Below the pieces are notes generated by a model, which saw only the letters and a list, made by a program, of their open reading frames with translations, did not search any database and was not told the DNA's origin. The translations under genes were made by a program, and so were the position numbers. A stretch of 64,000 nt of DNA from Oculina patagonica (Eukaryota): contig NC_135758.1 of assembly GCF_052425735.1 (NCBI RefSeq), positions 26,040,001-26,104,000 of the forward strand, given 5' to 3'. The first letter of the stretch is position 1, and every line of letters begins with the position of its first letter. This document shows, piece by piece, positions 51,301 through 61,748 of this stretch.

Positions 51301-51789
51301 TTAATTGTGCATTGCGGCTCTTTTTGTCAATTTCGTATATTTTGTTCATATTTCGTGAATATCTTGTTTGTATTTTTTTTCTTATTTTCGGGATTGGGTG
51401 GGGGGAGGGGAGGGAGGTGAACGTAATAGTAATATGGGGTTAATAGTAACAGTTCAATTAATTCTTCCTGACAAAAGAAACATATCTGTACTGAAACCTA
51501 CCAACAGCGGCCGGCATAATCATTACATTCAATTCGACTATAAATTGAATTACCCATTATTAATTTACCGTGGCGAATTAACGTTTTGGCTAATGAAAAT
51601 AAAACAATCACACGGGGAGGTTAAAATTGCAAACTTTATTGAACTTTTCTTTTTTTTTCTTTTCCTTTTTTTTTTTTTTTTTTGGAAGAAGCACCATTTG
51701 TTGGTTGCATGTAAAATTCATTTTTTGTGAATGTTCTCATTCACGTTTTTCTCTTTTGTGTTTCACTCAGTTTGAGCGATTATTGCTCT

Positions 51790-52649
51790 CATAGGCGTAC
51801 GGGCACCTTCCGACCTGGGGGCGGCGGAGACCTAATTGTCCAAAAAAAAAAAATGAGATGCATTAATAGCCGAATAAAGAGGCATGTAAAATGGACAACG
51901 AAACTTATATTGAAATAGTTGTGCACAAATCTCAACTTGCTTGCATGCTTCAAGTAAACGATAGTTTTTTTTTAAAATTAATTTCGTGGTGTTGCCCGAA
52001 GATGTCAATGCACTGTATCTTTTTCTTCGGAAATATTTTATTTTTCCACTCCTGTTTTCAGCAAAAATTAACATATTTTGGGGGAGCCAATTAACATTGT
52101 ATTTCCCACACTTAAAAGTTATGTAAAAGTGTGTCAGGGGTAAATGGGTTAAAACGTTTCGTTGAAAGTTTTGAGCTAGCCCTTAAGACTTAACATTTGA
52201 GTCAAAGCACTAGCATCACATTGTAACAGCTCTGTTTCAAGGTTTTACACTGGATCCAACGCGCACAAACGCTCGAGCTATGGAGAATCCTAACTTCTGG
52301 TCGCCTTCGCCAATTTCCTTCTCAGTTCAAAATTATTGCAACTGAATCAAACTGATGGGTCACACAGAATTTGCAAGAAAACTCGAACGTGATTTTAGCA
52401 CCTTGAGAGAGGAAACAAAAACATACATGAATGAGAAATCAGTCAGACTTTTGACCCACAAAGTTATATCTCAAATATTTTTTTCTGTTGATGTAATTCG
52501 TTTTGAACGTTTTGAGATTTTTCGGCTTATTTTCCATTTTTTTTTCTAGGCTTGTTGCCCGAATTCCCAGCATTTTACCCGAAAAAAATGGGCGCTGGTG
52601 GGGCTGCAAAACCCTCGCCCCCCCCCCCCCGCCGCCGCGTACGCCTATG
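51790..52649. mobile_element. hAT-like MITE
   Basis: TIR CATAGGCGTACG / CGTACGCCTATG; 8-bp flanks ATTGCTCT and GTTGCTCT. Confidence 0.65.
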
Positions 52650-52913
52650 GTTGCTCTGAGCGTTTTCTTTGAGTTGCTCTCTCGAGCAGTTCTTTAGATG
52701 GTTCTTTAGAGCGCTTCCATTGAGCTGCTCTTTCGAGTGTTTTTAGTATAGAACTGCTCTCTCTAGCAGTTCTTTAGGTTGTTCTTTCAAGCGCCAAGTT
52801 TTCCTTGAACATTGGCATAGTGTGATGGTTATGTTGCAGGCTTCTTCAATGGCCTAAACAAAAAAAAGAAAGAAAGAAAAACAAAACGATCAGTGAAGAG
52901 AAATGCTTTACAT

Positions 52914-53057
52914 CTACTGGAAAAATATCATCTCCTGTAACTCTTCGACTATGTTGGCTATTTGCTTTGTTAGCAACAAGTCAGAGCTGCATCCAGTATC
53001 CTGTCGCCCATTATAAAACCGATTGTGTCGTTCCTTCACGTATGTACAAAAATCAGC
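52914..53057 (-). CDS. A6 DED-Bcl-2-like protein, exon 2 (ADFCTYVKERH...IANIVEELQEMIFFQ*)
   Basis: tttgcag acceptor, open frame. Confidence 0.85.
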   Translation of the reverse strand, partial: ADFCTYVKERHNRFYNGRQDTGCSSDLLLTKQIANIVEELQEMIFFQ

Positions 53058-54039
53058 CTGCAAATGGATAAATTTTAAGTTAATAAATGAATTGTAAATG
53101 AATACTGAAATAAATAATAAATAAACAATTTCGTGATTCTACAATCTAATTTACTAACAAATTTATCTCTAATTGCTGAAACTTTCGGACAGTGAAATAC
53201 ATAAACGGCAGGCAATGCATCCAAAAGCGATGAAATTTGTCAAAAATATAAAACTGACAACTTCTGTGTTGAATGTTTTGTTCAACAAAAGTTGCGTTAT
53301 CTTGTAGCGTAACATCCAATATACGATACAAGGTCAAAGGCTGATTTAAAATTTATTAACAACGGCCTTTTAGTTAAAGATTTCTGCTTACTAAATATAA
53401 CTAAATATAATATAACTCTCAAATATAATTTGTCTCTTTCGTTTATACTTTGTATTATTCATTTCCAGTTGTCCGGGCCTGGCCGGGAGTACTTTGCTTT
53501 GTGTTAAATTGATTTCTGGTCACGTAACGTTTTTCCTACTCATCAGTCGATCGCGTGCGCCCCGGGCGTGCGCCAGACTAGAAAGGCCGAAAGATCCGTT
53601 CACTCACTCGATGACATTAATTGAATAGTTTTACTAACACTTTTTACTATTAGGATTATACCGAAATAGGGCAAGGACATTTAAAGGGCATGTAAACCCT
53701 AAAATGCTATTTCTTTTTGTCATATATTTCTTTAGTATATGTATCACGTATGCCAAATCTGTTAATATTTTTTTCAGCAAAGCAAGTTTTCTTGTTGAAA
53801 ACGCTCCTCAAAATTCAAAATATCCGCCATCTTGAATTGCGCCATCTTTCCTGTGACGTAATGGGTGGAATCTTTGTTTACCGGAAGCCAAAAGTATTCC
53901 TCTACAACCTTTGAAATAAGCGTATATGTACAGGAATTCTGTTGCAATATTCTCAATTTTTCAGACGCTAAAGTATTGTGCCACTTAGTTTTGTGGTAAC
54001 CAACGCCATATGAGGGAATGTTTCCAATGAGCGATATAT

Positions 54040-54450
54040 TTCTTTTTTATGTGATCTACAATGCACCTTAGTGCCATCTAAAGTGTCACTATTTAAGTAA
54101 GTTATGTCGTAATAATTTAAGGCCTTTAAAAAGATTGGAGTAAAACCTTTTTTTACCATTGTAGTGAATATCCATTGCCATTACCAGTGACTGTCCGACG
54201 AGGGAGTTGTGATCCTTATAGAATCGACCTAGTTCTTCCCGGCATTCAATGTTAGATGCCTTGTTATTAACTTGTACCGGTATGTAGAGTTTGCAAAACA
54301 GTATTAAAGTGTCCTTTTTCAATTGGTGAAGTGTCCCAAGACTTGAAATCTGATTTGAAATAGACACCCCAGGCTTTGCAGTTATCAGTCAAAATGGGGG
54401 AGCCCATCGTGTCAAAAATTTTGCAAGCAGGAGACAGGCTCTCAGTCAGC
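54040..54450 (-). mobile_element. Degenerate LINE fragment related to the 42-43 kb element
   Basis: KSWDTSPIEK and VNNKASNIECREELGR match the 42501-43304 ORF, with frameshifts. Confidence 0.75.
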
Positions 54451-55803
54451 CATGCATTCGACAAGCTATGAATCTATTAATCTAAAATTAACAGTTTACG
54501 TGTGCCGAACCTAATTATTAGATTGATGAAAAGTTCAACGTATGAATCATTTAGGTTCGACGGGAGAGGGTTTTTGATTGGCGAGTGAGCTGTCATGAAC
54601 GCGGTCATGCACAAAATTTATTAAGGCGCGACGTAGGCTCTGAACCGCTTTAAAATAATCAAGATTGTCGTCCGACGCTGAAACTCTCTGTTATCCTGTT
54701 TTTCCTTTTGTTTTTTACTATATCTCTAAAACCAAAGGAAACAAGAACTAAGACTAGAAACTTAGTGGTTAAATTTACAGAACCGATCAATACTAAAAAC
54801 ATTTCACTGAAACCGGGCGACTGTACTTAAAAAAATGCTGTCTGTATTTGTTTTTAACCCCAGAGAAATATGCTCGCCCTTTAACGTATAACAGAGTTCT
54901 TATTTATTTGGTCCATAAAGTGTGCAACTTGAAGAGCCGTGATTTTTTTCTCTCTCTCTGGCTGCAGAATGAAAAAGTTCGACGTCAGTTAAACCGGGCC
55001 TAAGAACTAAGAGAAAAGGCAAAAGCGCAGAACTCGTTCCATGCTGTTCTTAAAATTTTCAGTTTATTTATCTTCATTCATGCTGATTTTTTTTATTGAA
55101 TTGACTTGACTAAACGACTTATTCAAGGATTTAATAAGCAGTTACTATGTAAAACGTCAGGTTCTCTGTAGGAGCATAAGCAGCTTGGCTAATAACAACA
55201 GTAATAGTGGCGGCAGAAGTAGTAGCATAAACAGCAGCAGCAGTAGCTGTAGACATTCCGCTATAGCACCTTGAGCAAAATAGTGAAGCGTAGAAGTTTA
55301 AAGTTTGAGTCAAACTTAAAACTTGTTTTGTAATTTTGATTGCTAAATTAAATGCTTTAGGTCGTTTATGGCGTGAAATGACGACGAAATGCCTTCACAT
55401 AATGTAAACGGCAGGTGTGATTTTTGAATATTCATTTCCGCATCGGAGACCCTATCGATTCGTTTTGCCTCGAAAATCAAGCGAGCGAATGAGGTGCTGC
55501 GCTCCGAGCGAAATAAGTCTCTTGGACTAGTACTGGTATATCAAATCGCCGGAGACGAAAAAACTTGTGACGGATAACTATGTCAAAAACTTGGCGAAAA
55601 GCTTGATTTGTGGAGGAGTAAAACAAAATCTTTATCTGTAAATGCACCCCCGACATTAAACAACTTCCGCTCTTTCACTTTCACTTTCGGGAAGGGAACT
55701 GAATCTGTTGCTTCATGCACGGGAATGTGTACACTTCAGGCGAAAAGAGGTAGCAAGTTAAATACTTGTTTCAATTAGAATTAATGTAAAAAGTTAAACT
55801 TAC

Positions 55804-56430
55804 CCAAGTTCCAAGCTGAAGCATGGGATGACAAAGCTTGTCAGCCAATGTTATGCACAACTCCATGGCTTGGTCTGGCGTTTGCCCGGACTGCGATGAA
55901 GATACGGCAATTATTTCACCGGCGACTGCGACAAGCATGGAAAAGGTACCCCACGTCATTTTCTGTAGATCACATTCGCTTGCAAAGCGTAGCCAAAGTT
56001 CTTCAGGATTCTTGCCTGATGTCCTCAGCATTCCTCTAACGTCGAGACTTCCTTGAAAACATTTCATCAGTTGAACGAGGCACTTAGCCGCGTTGGTCAT
56101 CTTTGTCTGGTAAATGGAGTCCAATTCATTCTTTTTCTTGTTATAGAAATTCAGAAGGATTGACAGGTCTCTTTTCACTTCGAATGCGGTCAGTTTGACA
56201 ACGAGGTCCTCTCTTCCAACATCATGCAAACATTTCTTCAGGAAGGTAACGTCGACCCACGAAATCTTTCCAACTTCCTCCAAAGAACGGAAAAGGGTCA
56301 GAACTTCTTTAACTCGTCTAGGAACAAGCCCAATACAGAGAAATTGAAGTTCTTTACGCTGCCTTTTGTCCAGATGGCGAGCAATCTGAACCAAAACAGC
56401 TCTGTAAATCTGTACAAATTTGTCAGACAT
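55804..56430 (-). CDS. A6 DED-Bcl-2-like protein, exon 1
   Basis: Close paralog of A5; DED (GREDL), MTWGTFSMLVAVAGEI, QLGTW|gtaagt. Confidence 0.87.
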
Positions 56431-57256
56431 TTGATTTTGAAAGTGTAAGTGAGTCGTAAGTGGGAGATGATGGCGAACATCAGAGGGTGAGGGGTGGTGA
56501 TCAACTTTATATTACCCAAAAATTCTAGTTTACACCATATTAGGTCATTGACGTATTTGGTAATCATGGTGACAAAAATTAGTTATCTAACCGAAATAGA
56601 TCTCGGCCGGAAGCACTGTTGAATGAGTAACCTTTGAGCAAGGCTGCATGTACAGATTTTATTATAAACGTTTTATCTAAGGGACCTTTCAAAAATTATT
56701 AAGGGAAGGTATGTTTTCTGATTTCTGATTGTTCTTATCCGAAAAGACTAGACATCTAACCATTCGCAGATGTCATTGCAAAGGCAGCACGTTCTTCTCA
56801 GTTGCACAAATATAACTGAGGAGTTGTGATGCAACTGACAAAAGAAAGGAAGCAATGCTTTGTAAAGTCTTAAAAAGGGTTGCCCGAACGCATTGAGCCA
56901 AAAATCAGTAAGCGCTATAGTAAGGTGACCATTGGACCTCACTTCGTTTGTGCGTCACGCAACACTATCTCTACTAGCGACTGTTTTCCTGGGAATGCCT
57001 TGCGTGACAATCCATATTTTCTATGGTTGCAGAGGTTTTTCCTTTTTCAACATCTTTGGAGGCTGGTAATATTAACGGTGAATTTACGACACATTTATTT
57101 CTGGAAGCCAGCCTTGCTTTATAATGCCGTTTATTGACGACTTCCTTGTTTAAAAACATTGTGTAAAAAGATGCTAGTTACATACGATTCTAAAAATTAG
57201 CTAGACTAGTTTATCGTTCAGTACTGGAAACTCACAGAATAATCAGAGCCTAAGGT

Positions 57257-57633
57257 CTACGCCAAGTGTTTCTTCATGAACTCTACCATCCTTCCTAGAG
57301 CCAAATCACAGATCTCTTTGGTGTAGCTTTCACTAGTGGGGTTGGTAAAAGCATGGCCAGTATCATACATGTGCAGCTCGTAATTCACCCCACCAGCCTC
57401 TAACTTCTGTTTAAGGGCTTCGGCATCTTTGGCCGAAGAGAACCCCACAAGGTGATCCTTACTCCCAAAATGAGCTTGCACAGGTATTTTGATCTTCCCC
57501 ACATCACATAACTCTGAGCTGGGGATGCCGTAGAATGGGGCTGCAGCTGAAATCTCTTCAGGAATGAGTGCAGCAGAAGCCAGGCTCAGGGCACCACCCA
57601 TGCAGAAACCAGTCACCCCCACCTTCTTGCAGC
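57257..57633 (-). CDS. Dienelactone hydrolase family protein (Usf-like), exon 2
   Basis: GFCMGG nucleophile elbow, GSKD and GHAF triad residues; tttgtag acceptor, phase 1. Confidence 0.92.
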
Positions 57634-58214
57634 CTACAAAGAAACAGACACAGGGTTATGTAAAGAACTTTCTGGCATAAAGTTTCTTACAATGTTTGAT
57701 AAAACAAAAAGATCTATATGAGCTTCTATAGCTTAGTAATGGTTCTGCACAGTTTATGACTTTGGGTGAGAGACAGGGGGCTTGCAACTTTGTGTAAAGA
57801 AAGGAGGGGAGGGGGATATAACTTTAGACAGTGGTCAGTGTTCTGAAATATTTTGAGCTGTATTCTTAGAGAAAATCGCAAGTTGTGTAATACATGTAAG
57901 CATAGTCCCATGTACTAACTATGATGTAAGCAACAACACAACTCTGACGCTATAATAACACTTCTCCTAATATTTCAAAAAAAGCCATATGCTGCATAGC
58001 ATATTTAAAAGCTTAAAACAAGCTTCAGCTTTCAAAATGTAGCTCTAAAATTCTGTTGCAAATTCAAAGCAACTAGGAGTAGTGTATCAGTTCTCTCTGG
58101 GCTGGAAGTAATGTTGTTTTTGTCAGGTTGCTTAAACAGTGAACCCTTACTCCAGGTACCCATCTATACTCGTGAGAGGAAAGATGCACTTAGAGTATGA
58201 TTTAAAATAATTAA

Positions 58215-58550
58215 GTGAGTGACTGACTGGCTGACTGATTGACTGACTGGCTGACTGTCAGATTGACTGACTGACTGACTGACTGACTGCCTGCCTGGCT
58301 GGCTGGCTAGCTAGCTGACTGATTGACTGGCTGACTGACTGACTGGCTGGCTGGCTGACTGGTTGGCTGACTGACTGATCATGACTGACTGGTGGACTGA
58401 CTGACTAACTGACTGGCGGACTGACTGACTAACTGACTGGCGGACTGACTGACTAACTGACTGGCGGACTGACTGATTGACTGACTGGCCAATTGCCTGA
58501 CTGGCTGGCTGGCTAGCTGACTCAGACTGGCTGACTGACTGACTGATAGA
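58215..58550. repeat. (GACT/GGCT)n intronic microsatellite
   Basis: Direct observation. Confidence 0.9.
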
Positions 58551-59159
58551 AGGACTAATTTGATGTACACAATAGGAGAACTCTGACTGAGGAAGGATAA
58601 AAACCGGACTTAACTTTAACTTTTTAGAGTCCAACACCTTAACTATATCATTCATACACTGCACTTTTTCAGTCTGTTGTAGTCATTCCTTTCTGAGAAC
58701 ATTAGAGATGTGTGAAAGCTTTACATAGGCACAAGGTAGAGCAAAAAAAAAAAGAATAAAAAATAAAATAAATAAAAATGAACAAAATAAGAGAATCAGA
58801 AGGCAATGCCTACTACGCTCTAGTATATTGCCTCCTGTGTGTGGACAAACAGGGGTTCTTCAGCAAAATAGATCTAACCTAGTTTCTACTAGCAAACAGT
58901 ACAGTACAGTACATACATCTAAGCACCAAATGAAAAAAAACATTGATTGATTGACTGACTGATTGAGTGATTAATTGATGATTGCAGCCACACACACAAG
59001 AAACTACAAATTTACTGCAAGAAGGAGAACATCAGGTCACAGATGCTAGAGATACACATCTTCTACCAAAATGCTGAATATTGACGAAATGAGAGAATTT
59101 TAAACACCCAAAATTTAACTGGGGTCAAATTTCAATATGCCTTAAAAAAATTGCATTTG

Positions 59160-59420
59160 AGCCAAGTGGCTCATCTGGCTTATCCCAGTTTCAGTAGCAT
59201 GAAGTGATTAGGAGTATTACTTCTCCCCCCTGGATAGGATGCTGGTCCATCACAGGGTTTCCCCCAGCATTAAATTTGCCGGTACCCATTTATGCACCAG
59301 AGTGAAGACAGGCACTTTGAGAGTAAATTTTCTTGCCAAACAACACAACATAATGGCCCAGGCAGGGCTCAATCCCAAACTGCTTAATCCGTAGTCCAGC
59401 ACACTAACTATTATGCCCCT
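59160..59420 (+). mobile_element. SINE-like interspersed repeat in the hydrolase intron
   Basis: Resembles invertebrate SINE bodies (...CCCCCTGGATAGGATGCTGGTCCATCACAGGGTT...GGTACCCATTTA...); recognised from memory only. Confidence 0.5.
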
Positions 59421-59715
59421 CCCTTCCTGATATGCGTTAGAGTCTAAGAAAATTCAGTACTGAGAAATGCAAGTGCAAGAATAAGACAAAAATATTTTTA
59501 ACCTTAATTTCTTTGCTGTTGTTCTTCCACTTGCATTTCTCTTGTGTTTGGGTGCACTCTTGTGGGTCAGAAAATTGTATACATAATTAATGTATGGGGC
59601 TGTGCGGAAATCTTACCCTCTTGTGTGACAATGCAAACGAACTACAGCTTTTATATGGGAGTGCCACGTCTCCACCTCCATCCCCCCCCCCCCCCTTTCC
59701 CGATATTGGACCAAC

Positions 59716-60028
59716 CTTTTTCCTTCAAATATCTCGCAGCTCCAGCAATGTCTTTCACCGCTCCTTGCCAGTCCAAATCAGACATGTAATGTCCTGCTGT
59801 CTCGTGGTCCGTTGCTATCTTTCCGCGGTACAAGTCAGGCACAAGAGTCACGAAGTTGCCTCTTTCGGAAATGTCTGCAGCCTCGTCTACGATCACCTCG
59901 TTCATTCCCCACCACTCCTGCACCACAACGAGACCCATGCTCGATTTACTTGGGTCTCCAGTGAGCACTCCGGCACAAGCTCCTTGCTTATTCTCGGAAG
60001 GAAAGCAAACTTTCTCTTTTTTGCTCAT
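59716..60028 (-). CDS. Dienelactone hydrolase family protein, exon 1
   Basis: VVVQEWWGMN and LVPDLYRG motifs; KEK-G|gttggt donor; spliced product is 229 aa. Confidence 0.9.
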
Positions 60029-61044
60029 GATGCAGCTAAATAGTTCTGTTGCTATTAACAAACCGCAAAGTAGCAAAGCCAACGATTAGTGTCACGATCG
60101 CCGATTCGATGGACTCGAACTGCACGCAATCGCAGGGCGCTTGTGGCTTGGGCTCTAGCATCCAGTCTTCCCTCATTTTTACAGTGTTTTCCCTTTCCCT
60201 CCAAAAACGTTCTTTTATAACCAATCTTTTACCTGTTTACAAATACATGTATTTCCAATATTAAATTTACTGGCATCGCATATTTCTTATATCAAATCCC
60301 AACTGTGATTGGGCCGTCAACAATCTCTCAAATTACGATTCCATAAGTCTAGATGCTGTGCCGATTTCAAAACAATTATGTCTCCTGAGGTGACAAATGA
60401 AAATAATAAAGATATAATTTCTCAAGAAGGGTCAGGAGCCCATTAGTAATGGGCTCCTGGATGGGTAAAGAAGACAGATGAAGAGTTTATGACGTAAATA
60501 GTAATATTTTTTAAATATGTGTTTCCTTTTACATATAAAATAGATAATGGATATGAAAACTATAAACTATGCTTTAGAGAAAGACTGAAATATTTAGACA
60601 AGGAAGGCAAAACATTTTGACACAAAAGTGAGACGACGTCAGAAGGTTTTGACGTCTTTATTATCGCGGGTTACTTGACAGTTCATTGTTTCCTGGTCTG
60701 TTATCATTCATTGTGTAAGATAAACAAGCTAATTTAATCTGCACTTGAACCAGCCAATGAGAGACGAGCATGAGCTGAGACGCTTTTGTGTGTCGCCGGT
60801 TGAGTACATACACGCGTCGCCTCGTTTCCATGGAGGGAAAGTGATGGATGACAAAAGGAACGCAGTGAGCGGAGGCTGAATGATGCTCAACAATAATCGT
60901 AGATTTCTCCAAATAGTTTATCTAGAAAGGGTCTAAAGTGTTCAGGGACATGCCTAAGCTATGTGTTTGTGTATAGAAGAGAGAAATCCGCCGCGAATCG
61001 AGAAAATAAATCGGTGATCACGCGCGGCGGAGCATGTTTGCAAG

Positions 61045-61748
61045 ATGGCTGAATTTGGAAACCAACCGACAACGACCGCGTCGAGGAAACAAAGAACTTT
61101 CTCGGAGAGCTCTTCAGAGATTTCTTCTGGGGTCGATTTACAGGAAAGGTTACGGAAGGAAAAGTCATCTCGCAAAGAGACAGACGAAGTTTACCAGAGG
61201 CTCCAAGATGAATACGACGAACTCCTCAAAAAGTATGCCCAGGCTGAAAACACTATAGATCAACTGCGAATAGGAGCTAAACTCAACTTGTACAGCGATC
61301 TACCTCCACCACAACAGAGCTCAGTTGTAAATGTATCAGTTCATAAACAGCCTGGTGTGTTTAGATTTCCACGAAGTAGTCAGGCTGTGTTGAGCGAAGG
61401 TAGTTTTCCTGGCGGAGAGTTATCGCGTGGTGCGGACGCTCTCCCGCAAAATGGCAACCAACGGAGTGGAAGTACTACTACTTCTTACGACGGCTTAAAT
61501 CTCTCGAGTCCAGACGGGAGAGGGGCCAGATTAAGGGCAGCTTTGTCGTCTAAAGTTCAGTATTTTCAAGAAGATGTGGATGCACTGCAGGACCATGTTA
61601 TGGAAGGGCAATGGGGTGAACCCGAGCTACAAGAGTTACGGGATATGTGCGAGCAATTGAAAGCTCAAAACGGGAATTTAAAACAAGAATTAGCGCAGAT
61701 AAGGCGATTGGAAACTGGAAGAGATGCTGACTCGTTTGAGAATGAAAG
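61045..61748 (+). CDS. AKNA: AKNA-domain (microtubule organisation protein AKNA-like) gene, first coding exon; the gene continues beyond it
   Basis: LQDEYDELLKKYAQAENTIDQLRIGAKLNLYSD matches the AKNA-domain core as I recall it; donor AG|gtaagt at 61748. Confidence 0.8.

Noticed and set aside
52985-53010. Bid-like caspase cleavage site in the exon-2 loop (QDTG, EDTG, DPDS)
   Set aside because: The Asp position is not conserved in A1-A3 and fits caspase consensus poorly
58311-58664. SQ-repeat ORFs
   Set aside because: Translation of the GACT/GGCT microsatellite
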